Shown one piece after another: positions 1 to 14,300 of a DNA stretch of 64,000 nucleotides (position 1 is the first letter of the stretch; each line of letters starts with the position of its first letter). The translations under genes and the position numbers were made by a program. Below the pieces are notes generated by a model, which worked only from the letters and a program-made list of their open reading frames with translations, did no database searches and was not told the DNA's origin. The stretch is taken from NCBI RefSeq assembly GCF_009914755.1, contig NC_060938.1. One strand, 5' to 3'. The DNA comes from the human T2T-CHM13v2.0 reference genome, Homo sapiens.

Positions 1-2
1 AT

Positions 3-250
3 AATAAACAGCTACCATTTACTGAGCGCTCATTATGTGCCAGGTACTGTGACAAGAGTCGTATGTACACGATCTCATTTAAACCCCATGACAACATTGC
101 GAGACAGATTCTTCCATTATCATCATTTTACATATGAGGAGAGGGGGTCAGAGAAGTGAAATAATGTGCCCACATTCACAGGGCTAGTCAATGGCATACT
201 GGGGTCTGAATCCAGGTCCACCAGGCTCTAGAACTGGCATTCCTGACAAA
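3..250 (-). mobile_element. MIR SINE
   Basis: catttactgagcgct...ttttacatatgagga...tcagagaagtgaa matches the MIR reverse strand. Confidence 0.75.
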
Positions 251-652
251 TGTACCTGGCAGAGATGGCTAGATGCTCCCCTACAGTGGTGCTTCACCTT
301 CCACAGAACACAGTTGTTGCTGGGAAGTCTCTACCTAGCTGGTCACTACATTTCCCAACCCTCCTTGCTTCCAGGGGGAGCCATGTGACTAGTTTTTGCC
401 AGTGGGATATGCATTTTGGTTTTGAGTGTCACCTGTGGGCTGAAAATGCTTGCTTCACAACTTCCTCTTTTGCCAGCTCAATGCCGAGACCACAAGGCTC
501 CAGGGAACAACAGAAGCACATTGTGGAAAAGTCCAGGTCTCTGAGTCACAACAGAAGAAAACTGCTGAACAAGAGCACCTGGATTATATTATCACATGAG
601 CTAGAAATAAACTGGAATTTGGGGGTCTATTTGTTTCCGCAGTTTAACTAAT
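251..652 (+). mobile_element. MLT1-type MaLR LTR (MLT1J-like)
   Basis: ctacatttcccaaccctccttgc...ccatgtgactagtttttgccagtgg and 3' gaaataaac...aactaata. Confidence 0.55.
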
Positions 653-1189
653 AAAGCTACACTGCCTCCCTTTCTTGCCTTGGGGGCTGAGAGCAGTAAA
701 ACAGGCTTACAGCTCAAAGCTCTGGGGCTCTGGTAGGTTACTCAATGAGTTGCTGAAACATTGTGGAAACTACCTCAGCTTGCACTGTTTTCCCAAACCA
801 AGAGTAGCTCCCTGTTTTTATTCAGCATAACAGAAAAACCAGGCATCATAAACACAGAGTATGTTTGTAAACACATTATACTCATGCCTTCGCCAAATCC
901 TTGAAAACTCACGAGAAAAAAATCAACAGAGCACTGAGCGTCGTAGCACCTCTCATCTGTTAGAAGCCTCCTCCATTCTAGTCCGATTTATATTTAGACG
1001 TTATTTCCTATTTTACACCCCCGCCTGCCGAATCGCAGCCACCTTTGGTGTGAAACATGGCACCTGCTTAATGGGCGCACAAGAGATGACACAGCTGTTT
1101 TCAATAGTAAGCGAAAGAGTAACACACCTGGGAAAAGGCAGAATGACTGGAAAGGAGAAAAGCTGGGAATTTGGAAAGTTTGCCTATAC

Positions 1190-1490
1190 TGCCACGTTGC
1201 TCAGTTGTGGCCTATGTCAATGATGTGGGCAACTGGGATTGATCCTACCAGGACTCTCAAAGGACACAGAGTGCGTCTCAGAGTTATCTGCCTGCAGAAG
1301 AGGAGAAAACATTTACCCATTAACTTTCATCCTCTTTTGGCCAAGGGTTGCCCTGTAGGGTGTTAAGACCCTTCTACTTCCAGGTTGCACATTCCTGAAG
1401 GCTGGCCAGCAGGTATATTACGCTCAGGTGTCAAAGAGGCCCCCATTAACCAAAAAAAGGATATGAGGTGGGTCAGCAGTAGTGTCTGAT
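1190..1490. mobile_element. Old ERVL LTR fragment (LTR40-like)
   Basis: gggcaactggg...ctcagagttatc...agggttgccctg...gtgttaa resembles LTR40 from memory. Confidence 0.35.
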
Positions 1491-3199
1491 ACAGGCCTCA
1501 ATGCTGAAAAATGCAGGTGAGATTTAAATTACCTTCTAATGCTGACATACAGTGTCACTGCCCACACACCACTCCTCACCTGGCTGGGTAAAGACACAGG
1601 CTCGGGAAATGGGAGCTTTGCCTCTAGTTTTGGAATTTCTGCTGCTGGTTACTTGACTTAAGCAAACCATTTAATATCTGGGCATCTTACCTCTAAAATA
1701 GGGACATTAGGCTAATTCATTATTTCCCAAAATATGTTCAATGGTACACTAATGTTACAGAATGTTAATTAACAGGTATACCTGGGAAGAAGGGGTTTTG
1801 TGGCCAAATAACATGGGTATATGGAGCTAAAAATAAGTTATACCAATTTCTTCCCTGAAGGATATCTCAGTCTTCTTAATATATAACTGCACAAAATCCT
1901 TTATTTGAGAAACATCTCACAGAAGTAGGTTGTTTTTTATGTTAATATTTATTGAGCACATACTATTTGCCAGGCATCATGCTAAGAACATTTCATGTAC
2001 TAGTTTTTTTATTTATGTATTTTAAAAATATTTGTTAAACTCTGCTATGTACACCACATTGTTCCTGGCACTGGAGATACCTCCATGAAAAAGGTAAAAT
2101 TCCTGATTTTTACCTTGAGGGTGAGGTAGAGGGAAGACAGACAATAAACAAGTAAACAAATACATAAACAAAAAATTGGCATACATTATCTTATTCTCAC
2201 AACAACTAGCAAGACAGGGACTGTTTTATCATGCTTATTTATAAATAATGAAACTAAGGATCAGAGAGGGTACCTTATTTAAAAATCAGGGAGGTGGAAA
2301 TGCCAGAGCTAGGACAATATCTGCATTAAAGTCTACTTCACAAATGTTTTTGACATCGTGTTCATGGAACTGGATTAATCGGTATCCTGGGTCCATTGCA
2401 TACCTTGTCATTGATCCATCTAAAGCTAATGCCCATAACCAATATGGTTTCAATCACTCTGATCTATGTCTCTTCCACCATCCTGAAGGCTAGTACTCTG
2501 CATAAAACCAGTTTGAGAAACAATGCCCTAGAGAGTCTGGAGAAAGGACCTCTGGGTCTAATAGGACAAGCAGTCGCAAAAGATTTCAACCATACACAGG
2601 GTGGACAATCGGAACTCAAATGATTGAGAGGTGATGGAGTTGCAAAGTACTGCATAATGTCTTGTAAATTATGCCTGTCAACAATTCTGAATAGTCTTAC
2701 ATTATTATTGTCTTCTTACCATAACAATTAAATTTTTTCTATAAACAGTAAATGATGTTTGTGGAAGTTCTTGCAACTTTAGTAGTCTAAAGAGTGACTT
2801 GTCAGTGATAAGCTGATTTTAAAAGTGTATACTTTATCTTGATATCTCCCTTTGAAGAATATAAAAAATCCAGGGCCCAATTTTGATGATCCTTTGGTCT
2901 GTGTTATCACTATCAGAAATAATAAAGTAGGGAAAGGAGGATTATACTTTCTGCATATGGCCTATTGAAATGGTCAGGATTGTTGAATGTTAGAAAGAAC
3001 AAAATATCCTTTGAAGGTATAAACCATTTGTATGTAGATAAGCTTTCATAAATGCTTTGTTATATTTTAGCATTGAAAGACTCCCTTAAAACTCAATCTA
3101 GATCGAATTTGACTTTAAAACTTCCCAACCAGAAGGAACTTGGGAGTGTTATAGTTTATGTAATGTTCTCTCTTCTCTCGCACAGAAGAGAGAAACATT

Positions 3200-3244
3200 A
3201 CACACACACACATACACACACACACACATACACACACACACACA
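3200..3244. repeat. (CA)n microsatellite, interrupted
   Basis: Read directly from the sequence. Confidence 0.95.
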
Positions 3245-3999
3245 TCATTATTTTTCTTCCACTTCTACTGACTGAGTTTCGGCTGGGTCATATTCTTTAG
3301 GCATGCCTTAGGGAAATGAATGGGAAATGAAAAAAAAAAAGAGCAAGAGAGTCAATGTATTGATCATCCACCAGAGACCATGTGTTTTTAAATATATCAT
3401 CTTGTTTAATAGAGCTGAGGCAGGAATCACGTATCTATGATTTCTGACTGTGACACAGTGAAGCTGACTTAGAATGTGTTAGAGGCCTTGCTGAGAGAAT
3501 GTCAAAAGTCAACATTTTTATGACTTGCTACTAGCCCCTAATGCAAGCCTCAAAAACGAGTTCCCTGCTTCCCTACAAGAAAATATTGAAATCTGTGTCC
3601 ACCTATTTTTTAAAAACATAGGTTCCATCAAACACAGAGTAAGTATACAATATTCAAGTAGACGATCAATGGAAATGCATCCCCCGTTCTAAACAGAGCA
3701 TAACAGAAAGCTAATTGCCGATTATTGCAAAAAGAAAATAGCAAGGTATATGGATAGTGAAATAGAAAAACACATAATAAAGCAAAGGCTATCTCATTTA
3801 GTCTTTGAAATTATTGATTCAAGATTTCCAGGCCCTGGTTAAGAGGGAGTAAGCATCAATATCTTACTTCTCATCTGAAACAAGGAGAAGACCATTTGCT
3901 ACCTCTACAAAAATTCTTTGGATACTCACCCAAGCCAGAAAGAAGGGGACAAACCCTTGCAAAGGAAACATTTATCCTACTAGAATAAAATGAGAATTA

Positions 4000-4615
<616 letters not shown>

Positions 4616-6814
4616 TTAGAACGAGAACCATTTTCCAGCCATGACTGGGATAATAGAGATCTGATATTCTCTGTTTTAAAGGAGATTTTGTCCAACTAGG
4701 CCTCCTAGGCTTTGATCCTTTCTACCTCGTTGCCACTAAGCTTAGACCTCCCCAGGGTAAGATACCTACTTCTAGTCTGAAACAACCAACATTTTCATCA
4801 GGATAACACAAACATTACACTCCCCACTCTAAAAGTCTCCCTTGTTCATTAAAAGGAACTAAAGGAACTACCTGTGATAGTTACAGGTGGCTAATTTTTC
4901 CCTTCATTAATTCATCAAACATACATTGAGTAGCTGCCATGTCTCTGCTAGGCCTTCCTTGGGAATACCAAAGTGAATTAATCCTTATCCTCACAGAGTT
5001 TCAGTTTAGAGTGAGCAATAGATACAATCATAGGAAACCAGAGCCTGGTAGTTAATGGGGGGAAGTCTGGGAACCCAGAGCGGGAGATGCCTAAGAAGAC
5101 CTTAGGAAGTCGGTGATAGCTACTACAAGTTACCAAGCAACAATGAGTTGTGAAAAGACGATTTGGAATGGAGTAAAATTATCCCCTTTATGCATGTTGT
5201 TCTCTTGGTGTCCAAGTGCACAGAAACCCCTTTTAGAAGCCTACCAGATTTTTTTCACTGAATACCACCACCCTGTTCTGTGGTGAGCTGGATGGCTCTA
5301 GCCCGAGGACCTTTTGGTGGCCCCTTGCTTACCTTCACTTAGTCTTACAGGTCACATTGGTGGCGTGCTGCTCTGACTCCTTTTCCAGGCTTGTTACAAA
5401 GCAGTGCTGGGCACAGGTCCAGTTGAAAAGCATGGCCTTCACTGTTGTCTTAACCAAAACACATCAGCTTTGTCTCTTTTATTATGCCAGGAGCCTGCAC
5501 TGATCAAATATAACATTTTTGTCCTTCCTTTCATTTTCCAATGCTGTCATTCTTTTGCTACTTGGTTACCTACTTATTCAGAAGAAACAGTTTTTATCCA
5601 TGATGGCAGGAGTGGTGGTGTAAAATAAACTGATTGCAAAAGATTTATCTAAGGGAGTCATATAAAAGCGTTTAATATTAATGCAACAAAAATTGAGTCT
5701 ATTATGTGCCAAGTATAGGCAATTTAAATTTGGGATACATAATTTAACATATATGCAAATAAATGAATGGATGGATGGATGAAAGAAGAGTCAGATAAGG
5801 TAAGTCCCTCAGCCCTATAGAATCTCACCAAAAGGAAAATAATTCCCACCCCTCTTGGGATATATGCCATAACTACAGTTGCCATGTTGTCTACATCAAG
5901 ACTGCCAAGTACTGGCATGCTTATGTGGATGAGCTGACAGGATATTTGAAAGTGAAGTTGCCAGAGAGCTAGGTCTGAAGTTCATTCTATCTGTAACACA
6001 AGACAAAACAAAATCTTAAAAGAACAAATTAATTCTGACCAGGAAAAGAGTGATGTCTTTACAAAAGAGTTGCTGCCGTGTGGGTTGTCTCTGAAGAGTG
6101 AGCAGGATTATTCCATCGAACCAAGAAGGGCAGAGCATTGAGACAAACACTGAGCAAGGGCATGGAGCTCAAAACACCTGTTACCCAGTGGACTAGAGGT
6201 TTCGGGGGTGTGCCTGAGGCACTGGGAGCCAAAGCTCGAGAGAGGGATTAGGGCTGTTCTGAAGGAGTTTTTGCTCTGTGGAAAATGAGGAGCCATAGGT
6301 GAAGTGGTGCTTTATACCTAAATGGGAAGGACGGTGAGGAAGCTTAACAATGCATGTTGAGCTCCAGAAGGCCAAAAACCAGGTCTTCTAGTTCAATTGT
6401 GGAAGCGAACATTAGAGCTGCAAGGAAGCCTAGATGTGATCTAGTGTCGAGTCCAATGCCCCTCATCTCCAAATGAGAAAACTTAATAATTTAAATGACT
6501 CACCTAACTACTTAAATGACCTACATATTACTCAGTGATAAAACCATATTCCTGCCTTTGCCACTCACTATCTCTGTGGCTTTAGGCAAATCACTTAACC
6601 TCTCCAAGTCTTAGTTTTCTCATCCGTGAGATGAAAGGCTATTTTGATAATTCTGTGATAATGTATGTAAAGTGCTTAGTCTGACAAATGTCTGACAGAT
6701 ATCTGCAAATGTCTTACAGAAAGAAAACTAATATTAACAAATACTATTAACAGCAAAAATAATAACTACAATATTATTGAAGTTCCCTGATTCTGTCCAG
6801 TGCTCTTTTATGTA

Positions 6815-6985
6815 TACTGGTAGTGCCCAAACCTAGCTGAATGTCTGAGTCACGTGGAATGTTATAAATTTCCGGGCCTACCCCAGACCAACTGAATCTG
6901 AATCTTGACATGGTTGGGGAATCCGAACTTTTAGAAAGCTCCCTGGATGGTCCTAACAATAAGAACAATAATTAGAAACAACTGT
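6815..6985. mobile_element. MER5-type hAT-Charlie element
   Basis: gggcctaccccagaccaactgaatctgaatc...aagctccctggatg...ttagaaaca. Confidence 0.6.
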
Positions 6986-7631
6986 CCATATTTTACTACC
7001 GTTCGAACTTTATTTTCTTAGTCTTTGAATGAAAACATGAAATTGATCCAGTGGTTAGTCCTTTAAATGTAGATGTAGGTACAGAACTGGAGGGTGGAGG
7101 GAGAGGTATTTTACATAATGCTGCCATCCCAGGAGGTTAGAAACACACATATCTATGCTCAAAAGAAAGGGAGGATTGGATGGCAATATTGGGAAATGGG
7201 ATATTTATCATTGGTAGAAATGATTAATTATGCCCAATTATATGTACTTTTCCACATAAATTTGCATGCTTCTTAATATAACATATGCAAATACATCTCT
7301 AATAGCATGACTTGTTTGCCAATGTTGAGTGCTAACTGTAAATAATTTCTATTTTCTGTAGTGTTTAGGAAACTTCAATATGGCACTTGCTGGCAGACAG
7401 TTCCTGTCTTCTGGATTTAGCAAAATATTAAATAATCATTACAAAAATATTTTTCACTTACCACTAACAAAAGCAGTCTAGACAACAATTTGTGGTTGCC
7501 TATAGAAACAGAGGATAGGTAAGACAGAAAAAAATTTAACTCAATGGAAATTTTTTAAAACATTGCCTTCGGTTTCCATTTTATTTTCCCCTACGAATTT
7601 TTGGCTAATGCAGAGTAAAACAGATCATTAG

Positions 7632-7972
<341 letters not shown>

Positions 7973-8179
7973 TCCACCCCTTCTTTTAAAATTCTCTTTA
8001 CCTTTTCCGGTGATGTCATCAACAGCCAAAAAAAAATAAAAATAAAAAAGATGGTAGAAGGTCTAAGACAGAGAAAATAACTAGGGACCCAAGTAGACAG
8101 TGCCTGGAAATACTGATCTCTGAATATCCACCTGTTGATGTCCCTTGTTCTCTCTCAATCTGTAGAAGAATGTAAGAAA

Positions 8180-8745
8180 CTCTTCTTTGACATGCAGATT
8201 CCTAGGATCCACCTAGGAATCTCTAGAGAGTTTCTAATACAGTATATCTAGGGGTGGACCAAGGAATCTGCACTAATAACAATCCCCTTCACTCCCCCAA
8301 ACAACCCTATGATTTTTTTATAAATGGCCCTCAGGATATACTTTGAGAAACACTCCCCTGGTTAACGTAGAGCCTTGAAACTCAGTGTGGTTCCTGAGTC
8401 AGCAGCATCAATATCAACATCCCCTGAGAGTTTTGTTAGGCCTGTAGAATGTTAGCACCCACTCCAGGCCTGTCAATCAGAATCTGCATTCATAGGGCAC
8501 CTTCAACTTTAAAAAGTGCTGGTCTAGAGGAGGCATCTTCTTCCCTTTTTGCATCCTTGAACATATCAGTTTTCCCCACAGCATTCTCCTCGTAAATAGC
8601 CCAGGATTGCTTAGGTCAACGGTTCTCAAGGTGGTCCCCAGATCTACTGGGTCAGAAACTCTTGGGGGAGGACCCAGCAATGTGTGTTCTAGCAAGCCCT
8701 CCAGTCCAGGTGATTCTGATGAATGCTCAAGTGTGAGAACCACGG
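8180..8745. mobile_element. Cluster of MER5A/MER5B fragments
   Basis: gcagattcc...aggaatctgca, aatcagaatctgcatt, and acggttctcaaggtggtcccc...tgagaaccac. Confidence 0.65.
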
Positions 8746-11451
8746 GCACAATAAATACTATTGGTCCGCATTTAAAAATGAAGTTCACCAGGATACTCAG
8801 TATATTCTGGTGTGAATAACCAATAGGCCAATGTCCCCAGATGTGGAACAAATCACACAAACCCTTGCTTCATATCGTCAACCCCCCAGAATCAGTTGAT
8901 CCTACAATATCTCTATCTACCGCTTCACTGAAGAGGATGCCTTGTCAAATCAAAGTGTAAGAGGCAATCATCTCTTGTAGTAATTAATGAAATGCCAGGA
9001 TCTGAGAGCAACCAGGCATATGTGCTACATAATTGTGTCGGGGATGAGTAGCTCAGGCTGTTGAGTTTTCAAATGAAAAATAACTTCCTGATCCAAATAT
9101 CTGTGAGGTTATAAGTTAGTATTCTTCACTCACTGGAGACTGACCTGACTGGAACATCATGAGTGAAAACTCCAAGTTTGGATGCTGCTGCTCAGAAGAG
9201 AGACCCTGAGCATGAACAGAAGGCACAATGTGGTGAAATGTCGGGGAAAATATGACTGGCCCTCTGAGCGAATCAGTTTCAGCTGAGTACATCCATCTTC
9301 TTTTCACTGTTTCTTGGATTTCCCAGTAGAATATTACACTCAACTCCCAACCTAACACTAACTAACTCTACATTAGAAGTTTTAATTCTCTCTCTGCACC
9401 TCTTTCCACATCATCTGTCTTGGGCTCTCTCTGCTTCTCTATCTCTCCCCCTTGTCTCTGTGTCTATTTCTCTCTATCTCTTCATCACAGTCTATGTCCT
9501 CTGAATCGATTTCTTCCTCCTTCCCTATTCCAATCTCTTTAATGAAAAGATCCAACATACCTCCCAGGGGATGGGGGTGGTCAGGAGGATTTCAAAAGGG
9601 ACAAAAGCAAAGAGGCTGCCAGTAAGTTTTTGTTGTACTGTTGATTATTTTTTCTGATGCTGGAGAGTTCTGTGTTATCCAGCTATTTGTCTCTTTTTTA
9701 AAATTTGCGCGTGTTTGCCATAGATTATTATCATGCTATTTCTCGATGGAACTGGAGTACTAGTTTGTCAAAATGTCAGCATAAAGACCAAAAGTCAAGC
9801 AAATTTGCTGCAATAAGGAAAGACTATAAATTTGCTGTCAGTTAAGAAATCCCCTCTAATTCAAAGTGCAAGCCCAGCTGAAAGCATTTTTTTAGTAATT
9901 GTGACGGAATGAGTGTGAAGTTAGCTCAGTGTGTGTGCACTTTGATCTTGTGCCTTGTTAAATTTCTCAGTTTTAATAATTGGGGCCATTATTTATGCCA
10001 TGATTCCAGAAGCTATCAGGGAATACCTAAAATATTAAATCAGGTTCATATTGCTAATTTCATTTGTTGAAACTCACATCTATCCCCCTTTTATTCTTTT
10101 GGAATGTAAATAATGATGTACCCTGGAATAATTTTCTTCTTCAAGTCTTAATTATAGTTTGGTTGAAAAACTCAACCATTTAACATTGAAAATATTTGGC
10201 AAATACGCTTAAGAAAAATTTTATGAAAATTCTTATCATAATGTCTTTGATATAAGCACAAAGAGATGACGCACATGGAGAAAGACCTCTACCTCCTTAG
10301 AATGTTAAGTCTTTTTGCAGTAGACTGTGATTCCATACAACAATGGAATCACAGAAGAAAAAAAAGATTTCCTCAAATCTAATTATCAAAAAGCAATTTA
10401 TCTTGCTTGAGTATCTCAATCAATGTATCCCTGAAGCCACTTTCTCACTTCACCCTCCTGTCTGGTATATGGATTTTTTTGTATGTGTTATCATTTGGTG
10501 AAACCTCTTAGCATATGGTGGGGGAAAAATGCTGTTTTGCTAATTTTATATTTTATATTTTAATGACCTACTTATCTGCAGCAGCTTTAGTGGAGTGCTT
10601 TAAGCTTGGTCTGATTTTTTTCTTTTTTTTTTTTTTTTTGTGAGTCCTTTACTCGGTGGCAGTGACTCAGCTGGGATACAGCCAAGATGTTTACATGATG
10701 GGGTGGGGGGGTGGGGGGTATGCAGCAGCCTCAGCTTTTGCTGCTTTTGCAGAGAGCTTACAAATTGTAGACACTCAGAATAAGTGGTATCATTAGTGGG
10801 CATAAAATGCCCTAAGGGTATGGGAGTGATTTAGAACTCTGGGATTCAGCAAAGAGAGAAACTAGGGGCTCAGGTGTCAGAGGGAACTGGATCCAGAAGT
10901 AGCACTGAAATGTGACCTTGGGTAAATCACTTGACCTTGATTCTTCACCTCTAAAATAAGGTGAATATATTTTATTGAAATGCTGCAAGTTATCAGGGCA
11001 GTATTTGCTAAGCACTTGGAAATCTTTTCACTTTAAGAGAATTATTTTAGGTTAGGTTTTGCAAAAGATTATTTAACATAGGTAGCTTCCCATCTAAAAT
11101 TCTGTATGAATTGTGTGTGTCATAGAGGACTTCAGCTCCTAACTGAAGGGGTCATTGACAGAATAATTATTGCGTTATCCTAAAAAGGAAAGATGGGCTT
11201 GGCTTTTTGGAAATTTGATCCTTCAAGACCAAAGTTAAAATTGGGTGAATGATTTAATCAATCAGTAACTTGTAGCCTAGGTCAAAAGATCATGCCCACA
11301 TTAGGTTTTCCATCAAATGTGAAACCCCTTGGTGAATCAATAAAACAAAACACAAGTACTCAACAAAGTTCCTCCTATGTAATCATTGGGTTGTGCACTG
11401 CTGGGTTTCCAGAGCTTTAGCTATAGTTCTTGCCCTTGTTTACATTTTAGG

Positions 11452-11940
11452 CAAGCACTCAATAGAACTTTCTATAGCGAAGGAAATGCTCAATAGTGGT
11501 GCTATCCAATATAGCTGACACTAGCCGTGGGAGCACTTGAACTGTGGCTAGCGTAACTGAGAAAGTGATTTGTTTGTTTGGTTTTTTTTTTTTTTTAGAC
11601 GGAGTCTTGCTCTGTCACCTAGGCTGGAGTGCAGTGGTGCCATGTCGGCTCACTGCAACCCCTGCCTCCCAAATTCCAGCGATTCTCCTGCCTCAGCCTC
11701 CTGAGTAGCTAGGATTACAGGTGCCCGCCCCATGCCTGGCTAATTTTTGTATTTATAGTAGAGCTGGGGTTTCACCATGTTGGCCAGGCTGACCTCAGGT
11801 GATCTGCCCACCTCGGCCTCCCAAAGTACTGGGATGAGCTACCGTGCACAGCAAGAAAGTACATTTTTAATTTCATTTCATTTTAATCAATTTAAGTTTA
11901 AATAACTACATGAGGCTACAAACTACTTTATTGGATGACC
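11452..11940. mobile_element. MER3 (hAT-Charlie) interrupted by an Alu
   Basis: caatagaactttct...gagcacttgaactgtggctag...actgag on the left; tttttaatttcattt...aactacatgaggcta...ttgga on the right. Confidence 0.75.
11570..11852 (-). mobile_element. AluS with small internal deletions
   Basis: polyT, agacggagtcttgctctg...; ggtctcgaactcct is missing near 11790. Confidence 0.92.
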
Positions 11941-12239
11941 ATTTTAATCAAAGACAAAATTAATGCCGATGAAACTATTTGTGACCACTTAGAAAGAAGT
12001 ATACGAAGCAATGTTGTTTTGGATGGAGGAAAACTTGAACTGAGCCTTGCAGGCTAGGGTAAGACAGAAGGTGAAAAAGAGAAGGGAGGATGTTCTGGGC
12101 TGAGGGAATAATACACCAGTGATCCTGAGGCAAGAAGAGCCTGGTGCTGTTACTGAACAGTTAAGAAATCACCTTGATGGAAGCTGAAGGTCCTTGCTAC
12201 ACCCAAAGAAGAAGACTTGGGGCTGGGGTGTGGGATTAA

Positions 12240-12650
12240 CGACAACACTTATTATGTACCAGGCACTTCACATATATAATTTAATCCTCCTAACCAACTG
12301 ATGAAGTAGTTACTACTATTATCCTTATTTTATTCTCAGGAAACAGACTCAGAGAAGATAAGTAATTTCCCCAAGACCCCACTACTAAAGGGAGCCAAGC
12401 TTTAGAATCCAGGCAGCTTTCCTCCAGATGCTGTGCTCCTTAACCACCTCACTTCACTACAGTGGTTGAGAATTTAGACTCTGAAATTATCCAGCTTCTG
12501 TCTCTGTTAGCTTGTGACCATGGGCATCTATAAATTGAGGACAGAAAAACTACAACATTTAAGGTTGCTGTGTTAGAGATGCATAAGATATTGCACGTAG
12601 AACACCTAGCAGTGCCTAGCACATGTAAGGGCTCAGTAAATATTTGCCTA
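12240..12650. mobile_element. Two adjacent oppositely oriented MIRs
   Basis: aggaaacagactcagagaagataagtaatttccccaag (minus), followed by tagcttgtgaccatgggc...gtgcctagcacatgtaagggctcagtaaat (plus). Confidence 0.7.
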
Positions 12651-13069
12651 ATCTTATTAGTATGTCAGAAATAGACTCAAATGGCAGCAAAGAAATTAGG
12701 GGTTGCTTGAAAAGGCATTTGGCAACAGTTGCAGCTTCTTGAACTCATGGACTGATATGTTGAAATCATTGTAAAGGATAAAGGACAGGAGGGAAAAAGG
12801 GGAGGGAAACTGGTATCCAAGAGTCTCCCAGAGGCAGTTGCCGTCTTCACTAGGTCTGGAGGCTCACATTCAATATATGAAAGGAACGCAACTTTATTTT
12901 CCCCATAGAAACGAAAATAATACCTATTGATTGGGAATCATTTTTAAATTCCAGGAAAGGACAAGGAAGAAAATTAAAATCATGAGTAATACCATCTCTA
13001 AGAGATAATCACCATCAGTATTTTGATATATATCCTTTTATGTTTGTATCTGCGTGTGCTAATTCACTT

Positions 13070-14300
13070 TTTAAGTTTACTGTATTTACTTACGGTAAAA
13101 TTCACACTTTTGGGGTACCATTCTATGAGTTAGGCAAACACATATATGCTGTCATATAAGCACCAGCACAATCAAGATACAGAACAGTTCTATCACCCTT
13201 AAAACATTCCTTTTGCTGCCTTCATAGTCAAGCCCTGCTCTTATTCCTACTTTCAGCCGCCTGGTGACCAACCAATCTATTTTCTGTTCCTAAAACTTTG
13301 CCTTTTCTGGGATGTCACATAAGTGGAATTATACAGGATGTAGCCCTTTGAGTCTGGCTTATTTCACTTAGCATAAGGCATTTGAGATCCATCCATATTA
13401 TTGCACATATGAGTAGTTCATTTCTTTTTATCACTGAGTAATATTTCATTGTATACATGTTCCACAGCTTGTTTCCATTTGCCAGTTGAAGAACATTTGC
13501 ATTGTCTCCGGTATTTAGCAATTATGAATAAAGCCACTACAACAATCAAGTAAAGGTTTTGTGTGGAAATAAGTTTTCATTTCTCTTGAGTAATAGGAAT
13601 ATGATTGCTGGATCATATGTTAAGTACATGTTTAATGTCAAACTGTTTTTCAGAGCAGCTTTACCATTTATATCCCACCAGCAAGTATAGAGTTTCAGTT
13701 GTTCCACACCCTGACCAGCACTCACTATGATCATTTTTTAAAAAGCAATTCTAATAGGTATGAAGGAATATAATATGGTAGTTTTAATTGCATTTCCCCT
13801 AATAACTAATATCATTGAACATCTTTAGATGTGTTCATTTATCTTCAGACAAAATTGTAGTATTTCCAATCTACATGCATTTATTTTTTTTCTTACCTTA
13901 TTGAATTGGCTAGGACCTTCAGTATAATGTTGAACAGAAGTGGTGAGAGTCTTTATCTGGTTTCTGTTCTTGGGGGAAAAGCATTTAGTCTTTTACCATT
14001 CAATATGATGTTAGCTGTAGGGTTTTTTGTAAACACCCTTTATTAATCAATAAAGGTTAAGTAATTTCCCTTTGCTTTCTAGTTTGCTGAGAGTATTATG
14101 AATGGATGTAGAATTTTCTCAAATGCTTTTGTATGAATATTGAGATGATCATGTGATTTTTCTTCTTTAGTCTGTTGATATGGCAAATTATATTAATTAA
14201 TTTTTCAGTGTTAAACCAGGCTTGCATTCCCAGGATAAATCCCACTTAGCCATGATATATTATCCTTCTATATGTTGCTGTATTTGACTTGTATATATGT
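13070..14300 (-). mobile_element. Old L1M (L1MB/MC-like) fragments
   Basis: tctggcttatttcacttagcataaggcatttgagatccatcc, gattgctggatcatatg, ggctaggaccttcagtataatgttgaa, cttgcattcccaggataaatcccactt. Confidence 0.85.

Noticed and set aside
13315-13734. ORFs with L1 ORF2/3'-like words
   Set aside because: Decayed L1M sequence with many stops; not a gene
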